A stretch of DNA of 64,000 nucleotides from Camelus ferus (taxonomy: Eukaryota), in assembly GCF_009834535.1 (NCBI RefSeq), contig NC_045697.1, forward strand, positions 93,994,001 through 94,058,000. The letters are read 5' to 3'. The notes below the pieces were generated by a model. The model was not told the DNA's origin and made no database searches. It saw nothing but the letters and a program-made list of their open reading frames with translations. Position numbers and translations under genes: made by a program. Positions within the stretch are counted from its first letter, which is position 1; the number at the start of each line of letters is the position of its first letter. Below, in pieces: positions 13,195 to 27,081 of this stretch.

Positions 13195-13450
13195 CACAAT
13201 ATTATAGTCTAGAAAGTACAGGCTTGGAGACAAGAAATTAGAGGATCAAATTTAGCCTCCACTATTTTTTATTGGTGTGACTTTAGATAATTTATTCAAC
13301 TTTCTAGGCCTAAATTTCCTCATCTCTATAATGGGTATAATTAATAATAGCTCTCCCTCGAGGTTTCTCTTTATTACATAAAATGATCAATACAAAACTC
13401 CCAAAAGAGAGCCTGTAAAACTGCACAGCCAGTACAACTTAAATATTATT
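13195..13450 (+). mobile_element. MIR SINE
   Basis: 'gtgtgactttagataatttattcaactttctaggcctaaatttcctcatctctataatggg' is the MIR core. Confidence 0.8.
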
Positions 13451-14494
13451 ATGTACTGTACTACATTTTATAGGGAAGTTGTAGGCAATAGTCCTGTGTA
13501 TAAAGTTCTGGGAAGAATTAAATAAACAAAAAATTGGTTATGTTTCAAGATGACAGCCTTTCAAAGATAATATTTAGCTTAAGAATTTGAATGCAGTAAG
13601 CCCAGTTTAGAAAATGACCAGCCCATGTTATGACAGCATGCTTGCCTAACACCCATTTGATTATTTTAAGCTCTACTTAGAAGCATTTTCATTCTGCAAA
13701 CATGTTTTCAAAAATAGATCAAGGGTGTGATTTTTTCACTGGTTAGTTTTATAAAACTATTATTTAAATTTTATATCACACTATTTACCAGCTAATAATT
13801 TAATTAGCTCCCCGTCTTATTAGAAAGTGTTCAAAGATTTAAGAGCACTATCATGAAATAATAGTCATAAATAATAATATGTAATAATTAAATTACATTT
13901 AAAGTGATAACGAAATATGTGGATTAAAGTCCTATCACTAATTTCACAATTACTAAATAACAATTCATGCACATTTTCAGCCATTATTAAGTGTTTTGAT
14001 GGATACAATCAGACAAATGTGTGAAACAAAATGTGGTAATTTTTTCTTTTTCATAGAAAAGTCACAGGACTGTATTTCTTTGGCTGTGGAGTGGAAGCTG
14101 TGTGAAACTTCAACGGCCGAAAGACTCTAAAAATGTATTATAAAAATCATTAGTAAGGAAAAAACTACAAAGTAGTGGTTTAATATTAATAATAATTAGA
14201 TTGGAACAACAATACTAAATGTTAAGAACATGATGATGAAAGTATAGTTTTTAATATCTCTATTTTCCAATAACAAAAATATTTCATTCCATATGCTAAC
14301 AAAGCATCCCATAATACAGTTATAGAAAGCTTAGTTAATATAATAATGTTGTATACTTTTAGCATTTGTGATTCAAACAGTACAAGAAAAACCAGAAATT
14401 AACAATTTAAAACATACCTATAAGGGAATTTTAATTTCATTATATTAAAATATAAATACTAAGATAATTTTTATTGAAATCAACCTGACCAATT

Positions 14495-15390
14495 TGGTAA
14501 ACATGGTAGAGTAAAATGGCCACACATTTTTGGCCACATCTCCCAAAAAGAGATGGAGTCTATTCCTCTTCCCCTTGATTCTGAGCTGGACCCAAACTTT
14601 CCTTGACCACCAACACAACAGAAGTAACCATATAACTTATAAGGTTGGGCCTTAAAGAGATCTGTGCCTTAAGAGATCTGCAGTTCTTGCTTTGATAAGT
14701 TTAGAAAGTTTCCCCTTGGAACTCACCCACAATACAGAGAGAGTTTCAAGACAAGTAGGGAGGCCATGGGAAGGACCGTCAAGGCGTTACCACTGACAAT
14801 CTCAGCTAAGTGTCCAGCCAACAGCCAGCACCCACTACCAGCCCTATTGAGGAAGCCTTCTTAGATGTTCTCCTCCAGGTGACAGTAGTCCCAGCGGGCA
14901 CCACGTGAAGCAGAAGATCTGCCCCACTGAGCCCACTCTCTTAGTGTGTTCAGGCTGCTATAGCTGAATACTATACACAGGTGGCTTAAAAACGACAGAA
15001 TTTCTTTCTCACAGTTATGGAGGCCAGGAAGTCTGAGATCCAGTCACTGGCAAATTCATGGTCTGGTGAAGGCATACTTCCCGGCTCATAGAAGGCCATC
15101 TTCTCCTTGTGTCCGTAACTGGTGAAAGGAGAAAGGGAACTCTCTAGGGGTCTCTTTTACAGGGGCACTAATTCCAGTCATGAGGGCTCCAACCCAACAC
15201 CTCCCAGAAGCCCCACTCTCTAATACCATCACATTGGGATTACGTTTCAAAATATAAATTTGGGAGAAACATGAACATTCAGTCTATGGCACCAGTCAAT
15301 CCACAAAATTAAGAAAAATAATAAATCGTACTGTTCTTAGAACCACTACGTTTAGGGATGGTTTCCTATGCAAAAGTAGAAACTGAAAGA
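14495..15390 (+). mobile_element. MaLR LTR (MLT1F/G/H-like), split by a nested MLT1A-type LTR
   Basis: 'gagatggagtctattcctcttccccttgattctgagctgg', 'ccagccaacagccagcaccc', and end 'ccactacgtttagggatggtttcctatgca'. Confidence 0.75.
14937..15291 (-). mobile_element. MaLR LTR (MLT1A/MLT1A0-like), nested
   Basis: 'tcttagtgtgttcaggctgcta...ttctcacagttatggaggc...aataccatcacattggg...aacattcagtctatggca'. Confidence 0.85.
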
Positions 15391-15409
15391 GATGTTTGTA
15401 AAAGTTCAA

Positions 15410-15622
15410 ATCTGATTTAAAATGACTCTGGAGTCAGACTTCCTGCTTTTACTCCTTGGACTGACAGTAGTATGACCTTGGTCAATTCACAATTTACTTC
15501 ATTTCTGAGTCTCACTTCGTGGGACTGTTGTGAGAAGTGAAGAGAAGCATTCCTGTAAAGCACTTACACAGAGACGAGAGCTTAGTAAAAAGTTCAACAC
15601 ATGTTGCTGTGTTATTGTTATT
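15410..15622 (+). mobile_element. MIR SINE
   Basis: 'gactctggagtcagac...tatgaccttgg...tgtaaagcacttac'. Confidence 0.7.
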
Positions 15623-17239
15623 GACATTGATGTTAATCTGGTCTGTAAGAAATATTATATGAGGTTCCACTCTGTTGAGGTCTTATGTTAAGGACGGAAT
15701 GGAGAAACTAAGAAAGCATAAAATCAGTGAGAGCGTACATCCAATATACATATTTCAAAGGCTACGTATTTTAATAAGCTGTTATTTTAAATAACAGCAT
15801 TGATGTACAGCAGGGTAATTTCCACACTGAGTAAATAAAGCTATGATTTATTCTTCCTAAACTGTTTTAGACAAAGTGCATTAATTACCCTTTGCCATTT
15901 TTTTCAGATATATTCGAATTGATACATTTATTATGTGTAATTATGAAGCTTAAATACCTAAACTTAGTTGACTATAGTTTAGCATGAGGATGGAATTGAT
16001 GTCATTGTTTATCTAATAAAATAATTGATTCAGCTGTTTAACATAAAACTGAAGTTATCTCATCCTAGAAATATGCCATATATACGTCTCAATATTATTT
16101 CATTACATGCTCCATTTTGTCCTTTATTTATATGATTAAATTTTATTTCTGACAAGAACTCTCATTTATGCTGGGCATTCAGGAAATCCTTTCCCCTTTT
16201 ATTTATATTTTAAAATTTCCCAGTAGTATTCCCTAATTAGCTCTAAGTTTTGACTTTGCATTTCAAATGGCTTTTCTTTGTCCTTAGGAGAAAATTAACA
16301 TGGGATTGAAACTAATAACTAGTATCTATTTGTGTTATCCAAACAAGTATTTTTATCTTTATGTTTGACCAACTGCACATTGTAAACCACTAATTTCACT
16401 TGCAAGGAGTAAAACTCTTTTAATTTCCTCTGCATTTACTCTTTCCAGCTCAGTAGGATGTGTCTCTTCCCTTACGCCTCCAGTATAGACCTGACTTATC
16501 CAATAGAGAAAGGCAGTCATTCTGATAACGTAGTTATGAAAAGCTGCTACTGCTTCCTACTGATCTGTCTACCAAATCCCATGGACATCTCCCTTAAACT
16601 TACCCCTTTAGATCAAAGGACTCTAATGCTTAAATAATTTCTGTCTGTTCAAGATACTAACATAAATCTAGACTGCTTCCAACAAATCATAGGAGAAATG
16701 CAGAAGAGAAATAAATTATGGGAAAATCATATTTTTGAAGATAATAAAATTTCATTTACAGAATTGACTAAAGAGAAATACATATTTAAAAATCATCCAG
16801 CAGCTCCTAAACCCTCCATTTTATTTAGTGTAGATTTAAGGAACCTACTCAAGCTAAGTCAGCCCAGTTTGTTCAATTTATTCTCTTACTCAGAGTTGTC
16901 TTTCTCACAAATGTCTTGATCAATATGAAATCTGCAATAAAATTGCTATTTTCTCTAATTACCTCAATCAACAGGAAAAAAGACAGTAAAAAAATCACAG
17001 AACTTGCACAGTATTTTTCAGTGATTAAAGAGAAAATCCCAACAGAGCCAGAAATATGATGAGAAAATTTACTTTAATGATAATGATATAAGGACAAGTT
17101 AATTGGCCGATGTCAATTAGCAAATTAATAACTACTGACTAAAAAAAATCAGGCTTTAAATTTTTTGACTACACTTGTGTTTAAGCCTTTTAATGGTATT
17201 ACTTTAAAAAATCTTAATTGACATAATATGGGTTACACA

Positions 17240-17945
17240 ATTGAGGAAGTATTAGGGGGATCCTAATCCTAAAGCAAGGGCAGCCTCTTCAGTTGTCCAG
17301 GCTGAGATGGAAGTGGAACTCACGCTTAGTCCTTGTCACCTATTGGTAATTTCACAGTGGTATCTGTACCAAAATAGAAAACTATACATGCAAGGAAGAA
17401 TCATGATAAATGCTACTTAGTTGTCACAGCAAAGCCACATCCCTACAACAAATAAATAATTTGATTTAATGATCAGTTCCTGAGTTACATGCTCCATAGA
17501 GACACAACCAAGGACTACATGAGCAAAGCCATCCATCATCAATTCAGAGTCATTTGATTCACCTACCATACTGATAAGTGTGTCCAGCAATACTCGACAC
17601 CAAGTGAAGCAGCGTATAGAGAACAGGACCCAAGCTGGTTCTGCAGGCACAGCTAAGTTGCATGTGGAGCTGGCTCAGACTCTCACTTCCATCTATTCTT
17701 AGTGCATTGCCTTCTCTCCCTCAAATCACAACTATGGTCCCATGAATCCCTAAATTCAAACCCAGCATATAGATGGCATCACATATTGGTATAATCCAGA
17801 TGTAAACTGCCATAGCAGTTCTATCACATTCGGGTGGTTCTAAAAGACAACAGAGAAGGAAAATCCTCTCTGTGGGCAGAATTCCAAGCAATACATTTGG
17901 CTGGTCATTTCACCTAAAGGAGAGATGGCCAGAGATAGAGATCCA
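17240..17945 (+). mobile_element. Decayed ERVL internal pol (RNase H region)
   Basis: Degenerate DNA matching recalled ERVL Pol motifs 'RAGPEGTSKLHEEVAQ' (~17625-17680) and 'GKSSQWAELRAVHL' (ggaaaatcctctctgtgggcagaattccaagcaatacatttgg). Confidence 0.75.
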
Positions 17946-17949
17946 AGGA

Positions 17950-18350
17950 GGGCAGATACTCCTCTTCCCCGTCCTCAGTGGGTAGAGAATGAGGTGTTGC
18001 TCATGACTGATTGCTCAGATTCTCCTCACAAAAGTTCTGAAATTTGAAGTCTGAGGAATTTACACAGAGATACAGAGTCAAATAAGAGATTTTGTCAACT
18101 GGCAGAGTCAAGTGTCCAGGGGCAGCAGCAGCAACAGTAAGAGTCAATTAAGAACCGAATCAGTGGTGATGTTCTAACCAGGCAGTTTCTCTGGGTTGTC
18201 ATGTTGACATTAATCCTTGTCCAAACCTAGTGCCACAGCACTCCTTGAAATTTTATGATCTAGGAGACACTTTTCTACAAATTACTATTTTATTCAAGGT
18301 AACTAGAGTTACGCTCTTTTTGAAATCAAGAAACCTGACTGACAAATACA
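17950..18350 (+). mobile_element. ERVL LTR (LTR16/LTR33-like)
   Basis: Follows the ERVL internal fragment; 3' end 'ttattcaaggtaactagagtt...aatcaagaaacctgactgaca' resembles LTR16/33 termini. Confidence 0.5.
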
Positions 18351-20079
18351 ATGTCATATGCTTCTGCAAATAAAGATAATTCAAAAATTTTTATTCACCA
18401 AGAAATGTGTCCTGTGAGTTTAATGCTAGGTCTACCTGAAAAAGAAAAATACCTTCACTTCCTATATATGGGAACGTATATCTATAGAGATCTGTATTTC
18501 AGAGCTAGACTGACATTCTGGGATTATGTTTTATAGATATGATAGCCATAGTTAACAACTAATCTTCTAAACTGCAATGCACTAAAATATTATTTGAATA
18601 ATTTTCCTAATAATATAATACGGAAAAAAATTGATTTAAGATTATAAAATTTCTAAAGTGCTGAAAGCATTATAGCAAATATTTGCTAGCTGAGATTAAT
18701 GTTCTATTTTTAAAAGAAATATGAATATTTTTAGAACCTTATTTCAGTTGAAATAGAATAGAAATTAAAATTAATTCATACATTTTAACTGGTTTTAGTA
18801 TGAGAACTAACCTAAGTATACTAATGTGGCAGGACTATGAAACAATCAGCAGGTAAAAATAAATTTTAAAATGCATAATTGGAAAGCAAGAATAAATAAT
18901 GTTTACTTTGTTTTGAATAATCTATGAACTATAATTACTGCTTATTTTTATTCAAGTCTGGCTCAAAACATAAATCAACTTAAGACCAAGTAAAAGCTGC
19001 TGTTTTCTTCTTTTGATCTTTTATTTCTTTAAGAAATATTTGCAAGGGACAAGATTTCTACTTTGCCCTTAATTTGGAAGATCCTGTTGAACTCATAAAC
19101 AAAAATTTAACTTAAAACTTTATGTCATCACTAACTGTATAAATTATTATAAGCATGTGAAGTGGGTCATGGCTCCAACATCTGTGCTCAGAATATTCAA
19201 ATATGAATACTAAAAATATTGTTCCTCATTGAGCAAATAAAGAAGTATCATCAAAGGGAGCAAGCGACTGAAAGGAATTGTGGTGACTACAAATAGTCCT
19301 TTAAAAACCAGCTATGCAGCCAGTGAATGCAGAAAGGGCAAAGCTTATGAGTCATGAGTATAATCGAAGTAACAGTTGAATGGGTTACTAATCAATTAAT
19401 AATACAAACTAGAATATTCCAACATTTAAATTCATTTGGACACAGTCTATTTAAAAGACCATATTTCATGTATAAAGAGATATAGCATTTATATTACCAA
19501 AACATGTCTGTCTTTCTACCTTTTTTAAAGAGAAAATAAAAATGATCTAGAGCCAGGGTCTGAAACTCACTCTGTACTTAAACATGAGGAAGAGAAGCAA
19601 TAGAAATAATAAAGAACATCCTTCTTTTCCAATCTCCAGACACATAATTTAATTGAAATAATGTAACTGATGGATGTCCTCCACAAAAATATGTAAAGGT
19701 GATGGATCATGCCCAAGTTGTTCATAAGGCACTTAATAAATGAGAGTGAGACAGAGACAGAATAATCAAGTATTTTCAGAAGGAATGGCTCTAGGTTTTT
19801 CCAGGTAGAGAGACATAAAGGTGTCAGAATTATTTTAAACTGTTTGACACATAAATATGTAATAATGTCTTCATATCTCAAAAGAGATAATGCAACATGC
19901 AAACACTCTTAGGTCAGATTTATGTACTAATTCTATCTCATTCAGAATCTAAATCAAAAAAAAAAAAAAAAAAGAAAAAAGAACCTAAATCAAAAGAAGC
20001 CTAACTCTGATTACATAGTGACACAAATTAGTTTGTCAAATTTATGATAAAATATATGCTTTTGATAACATTGATTCAT

Positions 20080-20210
20080 ATATCAGGATCCACAAAATGG
20101 AGGCCACTCCGGTGACCGAACCCATGTCACAAATCTAAACCTAAGTCAGTCTGTGCTCTTGGGAAATACCAGTGAGAAAACCTAACACATACCAAAAACA
20201 ATCCTCCAAC
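20080..20210 (+). mobile_element. Possible 5' fragment of an ERV LTR
   Basis: 'tcaggatccacaaaatggaggccact...aaacctaagtca' resembles LTR U3 starts; abuts L1. Confidence 0.3.
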
Positions 20211-21630
20211 TGTCGTAGTTGGAGATGTCTACACCCCTCTATCAGAAATGGACTGATCCAGCAGATAGAAAATCAGTAAGAACATAGCTGAACTCAACAA
20301 CAGAGAGAGAATTAACATCTATAGATTACTTCATCAGTAACAGCAGAATACACGTTTTCTCAAGCTAACATGGAACATTTATCAAGATAGACCATATTCT
20401 GGGACACATCTTAACAAATTGAAAAGGATATAAATCATAAAATATGTGCTCACAGACTACAATGAAATTAAACTAGAAGTCAATAACAGAAAGATAACTA
20501 GAAATCCCCAATCTATGTAGAAATTAAACAACATGCTTCTAAATAACACAGAAGTCAGAGAAAAAAATCTAAACAGAAATTTAAAATTATGTTAAAGTAA
20601 ATAAAATGAAGACATAACTTGCAGTAAATTGTGGGGTGCAGTAAAAGCTGTGTTTAGAGGGAAATGTATAGCACTGAATGCATATATTACAAAAGAAGCA
20701 AGATCTGAAATCAATAATCTAAGTTTCTACTTTAGAAAAGTAGAAAAAGAAGAGCAAATGAACCAAAAGTGAGCAGAAGGAAAGAAATAAGAATTAGAGC
20801 AGAAATCAATGATTGAAAATAGGATGTTAGTAGAGAAAAATCAATAAAACTGCATGTTGGTTCTTTGAAAAGATCAATAAAATCAGCAAGACTCAAGCCA
20901 GGCTAACCAAGAAAAACAGAGAAAGGACACAAATTACTAGTATCAGAAATTAAGGGAGAAAGATCACTCCAGATGCCATGGAAATTAAAAGGATAATAAA
21001 GGAATACTATAATCAATGTTATGCCCACCAGTCTGGTAACCTAGATGAAATGGATAAGTTCCTTAAAAGACACAATCTGCCAAAACTCACACAAGAAGAA
21101 ACAGACTATCCGAATAGGCCTATAACTATTAAATAAATTGAATCAATAATCAAAGAGCCTTCCAAAACAGAAAGTAACAGATCCAAAAGCGTTCAATGGT
21201 GAATTCTACCAAATATTTAAGGGAAGAAATTGTACCAATTCCCTACAATCTCTTTTGGAGGCTATAAGCATAGGGGTACTTCTTAAATCATTCCACGAGG
21301 CCAGCATTACCCTAAACCAAAACCAATCTAATATCTTCAAAGATATTAGAAGAAAACTACAGATCAGTATCTCTCATGAACATAGATGCAAAAATCTTCA
21401 ACAAAATATAAGCTAACAGAACCCAACAAAGTATAAAAGGAGTTATACATGTGAACAAATGGTATTTATCTCAGGTGTGCAACATTCAAAAATCAACTAA
21501 TGTAATTCATCACTTCAAGAAGCTAAAAGAGATGATCACATGATCATATCAATATAGAAAAAGCATTTCACAAAATCCAACAACCATCTGTGATCAAAAC
21601 CCTCAGTAAACTAGTAATAGAGGAGAAATA
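20211..21630 (+). mobile_element. L1 ORF2 fragment (endonuclease C-terminal part to RT N-terminal part)
   Basis: 'gttggagatgtctacacccctctatcag' (VGDFNTPLS-like), 'gaacatttatcaagatagaccatattctgg' (GTFxKIDHIL), 'catgaacatagatgcaaaaatcttcaacaaaata' (MNIDAKIxNKI). Confidence 0.92.
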
Positions 21631-21679
21631 CCACTACAAAGTAAAAATTTTTTTAAAAGCTAATAAAAACTACGAGAAA

Positions 21680-22700
21680 GGAAGATTAAATTAAAAATAG
21701 CAGTAAAATTTAGATGCAAAAATTGTAAACAAAGTATAGGCAAACTGATTCAATCATGATTAAATAAATAAATAAATAAGCCATGCCAAACAGGAATGGA
21801 AGTGTGGTTTTATATTTTAAGAAGCCACTTAATATCATATACAATATCAGTAAATTAATAAAGAAAAATCATATTGTGCTATCAATAAAATTGGTATTAC
21901 AATGAAATATCCATCCATAACTTTTCAAGAAGACTCTTAGAAAATTAGAAAAATAAATTAGTCCTCTAAACTTGATTAAAGCATGCAGAACAAACAAAAA
22001 ACTTAAATCCACAATTAAGATATTCTCTTTAAGATCAAGGACAAGATAAAGGAGCTTATGATTGACATTTCTGTTCAGCAGCATGTATGAGTTCAAGCTA
22101 CGGCAGTAGACAAGAACAATAAACAAAATGCTTAAGAACTGTGAGGGGGGAAACAACTCATTCATAGATGACAAGATAGGCTATATCTGAAATATAACTA
22201 AAACTAGTAAAACTACAGAAAAAATACTATAATTAACATAGGATTACATAAAGGCTGCTGGGCACAAATCAACATATAATCAATAGCATATAGAACAAAA
22301 TGACCTCTTACAAATAAAGTTTTTTTGTTTTTTAATTCCATGGGGAAATGAGCAAAATGTATGCACTGGTTCTTCATGGATAAAGTAACATAAAGGATAA
22401 ATAACATAACATACATATATATATTTTTTATAATCCTCAAATTTACCAATCATCAAGGAAATGCAAATTAAATCAATATGGATTTTTTTCTCATATGGAC
22501 TAATAATACAACTGAGGCCATGTATTGGGAAGAATTTATGGAAATGGGTGCTCTCATATATATTTGATGAGAATGCCCATTAGTAAAATCCATTGGAAGG
22601 ACAATTAGGTGGTACCTCATAAAAACAAAATGTCGATAATTTTAGACAAAGCAATTCAAATTTCTGGAAATCTATACCACATTAACTAACATTCACACAA
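21680..22700 (+). mobile_element. Older, more degraded L1 (L1ME-like) ORF2/3' fragments
   Basis: 'tagatgcaaaaattgtaaacaaa', 'tctctttaagatcaaggacaagataaagga', 'aatcatcaaggaaatgcaaattaaa'. Confidence 0.65.
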
Positions 22701-22717
22701 GATCACACAGGCGTCTT

Positions 22718-22930
22718 AGTTTATTCATTCATTCACTCATTCATTCATAACTGACTGTCTCCATATACTAGGATATATTCTAGACACTGCAGAATTATCA
22801 GAGAATCAGACAGATAGGACTTATCCTAACATGCTAGAAATCTTACATACCAGATGGATAGAGTAAGAACAAACAAATCAATAAAGAGCGTAACACTTAC
22901 AAGAGTCATGAAAGAAATAAAAGAAGTAAT
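22718..22930 (-). mobile_element. L2 3' end
   Basis: (ttca)n tail followed by L2-like sequence. Confidence 0.6.
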
Positions 22931-22989
22931 AATTAAGAGTTTTCCTTTCCTGAGGCATTAATAAATACATTGCTGAGCAAGGAAACATA

Positions 22990-25200
22990 ATCATGGTGAG
23001 TTTTATGACAGCTGTCCTGTGAGGAATAGTGTAAAGAAATTGGGTTCACTGTTTGTGGTGGAAAAAAATGGAATCCCAGTACACTACAGGCCAGGTGAAA
23101 AATGCACATGGAATTAACACAAAATCTACAAAGAGTGGTATTTGAAGTACACTGACTTGCAAGGATTTGAGGCAGTGGTTATTTTATTACCCTAGAAATG
23201 CAATAAATAGGCAACTTATGTGTCCTTGACATTAATAAGGAGACAAAATATTTCAGTCTAGTGGGTACAAAATTAACACAGCTGATTAGCAAGTTCCTGG
23301 CTGTAAGTCAGTTCACAGATCGAGAGTACTCTGACTGATGAACAGGGAGGCTTCGAGGACAGATCCCTGCAATCATAGCTGTGCTGAACGAGTATGTGTC
23401 CAAGCTCTCCCCAGAGGGACGTGCAGCCATTTATCTCTGTGCCTTATAATAGGAGAAAGAGGAATAGCCAGATTTCCAAAGGTTTGTTCAGTATAGGCTC
23501 TGAACTAACACTGAAGTCCAGAACACAGAAATATACCTGGTACCCAACTGTCAAAGTGGGAGGTCAGACGACAGAATCTGAGTCTATGTCTCTCAGAGGA
23601 TCCTGTGAGCCCACAACCCATCCCACAGTTACATTTTCAGTTCCTGGATACAAAGTTATAATCCTCATAACGGTCCCCACAATTAGGGTAGTGAAAGCCA
23701 AGAGGATGTTCTTATAAGTCACCCTTACATACAAATAAGTAATTTAAAAAAACAGCACCACACCTGTAAGGGAACTGTGAAGATTTTTACTCCTATTAAA
23801 GATTTGAAAATTGCAGGGCTGGTGATTCCCATCCTATTCACTTTTACCTTATCTGCTTGACAGTGAAAAGCCTGATAGATCTTAGAAAATAACTAGAGAT
23901 TATTATATAAAAGTGATCAGGTTGCACAGATCCAATAATGCTGGAAGCATACCTGGCAAAGGAGAGAGTATCTGCAAGTCTCAGTAGGAGAATCACATTG
24001 AAGACACATTAGTTTTAAAGCAAAACTATGTCCACTTCTGCCAAAAAACCTATTTTACATTTGAGAAGTAACTCCTGGCAGTTTACCGGGCTCTGGTAAA
24101 GGCTGAAAGTCTAATTAAAGAACACCAAGTAAGTATGCAGCATGAATTGCTCATCATGAACAGGGGTATATCCACTCCACCATTAAATGGAAATGGTAAG
24201 TATGGGACTGAGCCCAAGTTTGTCAAGAACAGGCAATTAAGTTGCGTGAGCCAGTGGCTCAGAATGCCTTGGTGGCTATTCACGATGCTCATCAGCTCTT
24301 CCTAAATCTACAGCTATGGTCTCAGGGGGAAATTCCCAATGACTAGTTGGTAAGAGAAGAAATGCAGACCTGACTTGTGGGAAGGTGATGACCACAGGAT
24401 TATTGCATCACTGAGGACGGGAGGAAGGGAACTCCCCCAAAAGACAGAACTTCAGTGTATCTGGCTGTCCATTCTTTGCAGAAGAAAACAACTTTTGAAA
24501 AGAAGTCTAGATTGTTTTTTAAAGTTCACGGATATCGGTAAATTAAAAGGCATTTTAAAAATCGTAGTTTTTTTTTACTACCACTTAAAAGAAAACAAAG
24601 CTTCATGGTATCACAGTTTTCAAAATTGATCCTAGTTAATAAGGAATGGTTAATGTTGGCACCAGAGGATCTTATTTGCAAATGGCAGGTGAAGGAGTCA
24701 GTCCACAGGACATAGTTTAGCCAGAGCGACCTTGCCCTCCTGCTCTCCAGCCTTCTGTGATTAAACGGCAGTACACGCACAAAGGAACAGGCTTTTGGGG
24801 CCACAATCTCCAGCTTATTAAATGAGACATCTCATGGTCTGGAGTATAGTAGTCTGTTTCCACTTCACGTGAAAAGGACAGTGTCAAAGAGTGAGGTTAT
24901 CCTGCAAATAGTGACTGAAGCCGTCAGGTCACTTTATCGCTACAGTTTTTATGGGAGTATCCTGTATGTATAGATACGAAAAAAAGTGGGCATCGAGGGG
25001 ACATACTAAAAAGGAAATAGTATTGTACATGTTTACAACAAGCTCACAGGTTTTTTTGTTTTGTTTTGCTTTTTCACATATATACCCATGGGCAAGAGCT
25101 GAGGCTGGCTGCTGTCCAGACAACTGGAAAGGAAAGGTCTGAAGATTGGTAACAAACAGTTCTGAAGGACAGGTATGCATAAAACTTTTAGAATGACACA
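22990..25200 (+). mobile_element. Decayed ERVL internal gag-pro-pol (ERVL-E/ERV3-16A3-like)
   Basis: ORF 23394-23717 'PQRDVQPF...KGLFSIGSELTL...THPTVTFSVP' matches the ERVL protease region (normally PQRDLRPF...GLLDTGSELTL...THPVVISPVP); RT and RNase H remnants at 23800-24500 with stops and deletions. Confidence 0.8.
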
Positions 25201-25234
25201 GGGTTTGAAGATATTTGAGAACGACCACGCAAAG

Positions 25235-25796
25235 TTCAGTCCTCAAGATCACTGTCACTTCTGACACCAGCTTTATGGGAGCATAAATTAGGTTCAATAA
25301 TTTACTAAAAGGACTCACAGAACTCATAAAAAGCATTATACTCACCGTTTATTACAGCAGAAGAGTACATATGGATATGAACAGGGTCCAGGAGTCACTA
25401 AGCACACGCTTCAGCTGTCCTTGCGCAGAGAAGTCATTCATACTGTACCTTTTTTTTTTTTTTTTCACAACAGTGTCTAATGCCCATGGAGTACTGCCAA
25501 ACAGGGACACTCACCTCATCCTTGAGGTCCTGAATTTGTATTGGGGATTAAACTACGTAGACACGGCTGACAGCTCCCAGGGTAGGTCACAGCCTCACGC
25601 CCCTCCAGAGGTCATACTAATACTATGTGGTCTAGGGCTCCAACTTAATATACATCAAGTGCTAGCAAACCTGGCTTGGCCCCAAGGTGAGCAGATATTC
25701 TTATCGAGCAGGCATCCCAAGGGCTTAGGGTCACCTCTCAAGAGCAGAAAGCAACAACCAGACCTCTCTCTAGGCAAGTCAATCCTTTACTGCACA
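25235..25796 (-). mobile_element. MER21C-like LTR
   Basis: 'ggactcacagaactcataaaagcattatactcac...tttattacagc' and terminus 'aatcctttactgcaca'. Confidence 0.75.
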
Positions 25797-26379
25797 GGGC
25801 AATGGAGAAAGCACACTGAAGAAGACAAAAAAATAACAACTTGTTCTATGAATGCAAACCAGCTTCGTACCCAAGCTCACATCCTTAAGGGGCCAGAGCA
25901 CTTCACCTAAGACTTACTGTCCTCATTTTTCTTTTTGGTCTCAAGATTGTTTTTTTTTTTTTTTTTTTTTTTAATTACTGCTTGTGCACATACTCTTTCC
26001 CCTTAAGAGAAACAACCCTCCAACCCACAAGAGTATGTTCTTGTCGAAGGTTCTCCAAAAAGATAGCCCATCAGAACACAGCAACTCATCACCTATATAT
26101 TCCCAAAGTTTATGTTATTCTGTATGAAATATTAGTATACATGTGCAATCAATGACTCAGCTTGGGTTCAGATCTTTTAGACTCTTCTCCAACTAAAGGA
26201 GGCACCCCTTCAACCATCTTTGGATCATAAATCCTATGAAAAACTGCTTGAATTTTAACATAGAACACTACAAGGAAAAACACAACTTATTCAGGTATGT
26301 TGTGATCTAAACTTGCTACTAGAAAATAAGCATTTCTCTTAAGCAAACCTAATTTATAGAAGAAAGTTCCAATCATCTC

Positions 26380-26812
26380 TTGAGTAGACCAGCTCTGTAA
26401 CTGGGCCTCCTGCTTCCACCCCTGCCACTCCATGACCCTTCCTCTAGCACTTGGTAAGAAAAGTGCATTTTCTAGTCTTTACTTCCGTGTCTTCTAATCA
26501 CATTCTTCTTCTATATCTGATGTACACCCTACTTAGTCTCTAACTCAGCAAGCACCCTGTTGGCTTTTCTTCACAGAACTTTGCGTAATTTATAATCATT
26601 TATTTACATTCTCATTCTCTGTCACTGTCTTTATGTCTTTCTTTGTCTCTTTCTCTCTCTCTCTTGCTCCTCCCGTTCCCCACTCCCTCTCCCTCCCGGT
26701 TTATTCAACTATACCAACTCCCTGCTATAATCTCAGGAGGAATAGGAGTCAGTCTGTCTGTCTGTCTTGTTTCTTTAAGCTCAGTGCTTGGCACATCGTA
26801 GCAATGAATAAC
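26380..26812 (+). mobile_element. L2 fragments with a CT-rich tract
   Basis: 'aactgggcctcctgcttccacccctgcc' and 3' end 'cagtgcttggcacatcgtag...atgaataa'. Confidence 0.55.
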
Positions 26813-26829
26813 TTCAAGTATTTATATAA

Positions 26830-27081
26830 TGTCCTCTTTTACAGTGTTTACTGTGCCTGGCAGGCACAGTTCCTAACATCTTAAACACAAAAAATTAAGA
26901 CACATTCAGTTTTCCTTCGTAGCAACCTGAAGAAGTGCCGTTTTTAGCCCCCTTTGACAGCTGAGGAAACTGAAGCACACACAGGACAAGTAACTTGATC
27001 AGGGCACAGGTAGAAGAGACAGGACTATTAGCCCAGGCCCTCTGGCTGTACGAACCTGCCCTTAACCCCTGTGCTGTGCTG
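26830..27081 (-). mobile_element. MIR SINE
   Basis: 'ttgacagctgaggaaactgaagcacacacagg...aagtaacttg...cttaacccctgtgctgtgctg'. Confidence 0.8.

Noticed and set aside
23394..23717. Functional or domesticated retroviral protease ORF
   Set aside because: Catalytic DTG is replaced by SIG and the surrounding pol has stops and deletions
25371..25910. Longest ORF in the window (179 aa)
   Set aside because: Lies mostly within the MER21C-like LTR, runs through a poly-T tract, and has no recognisable domain
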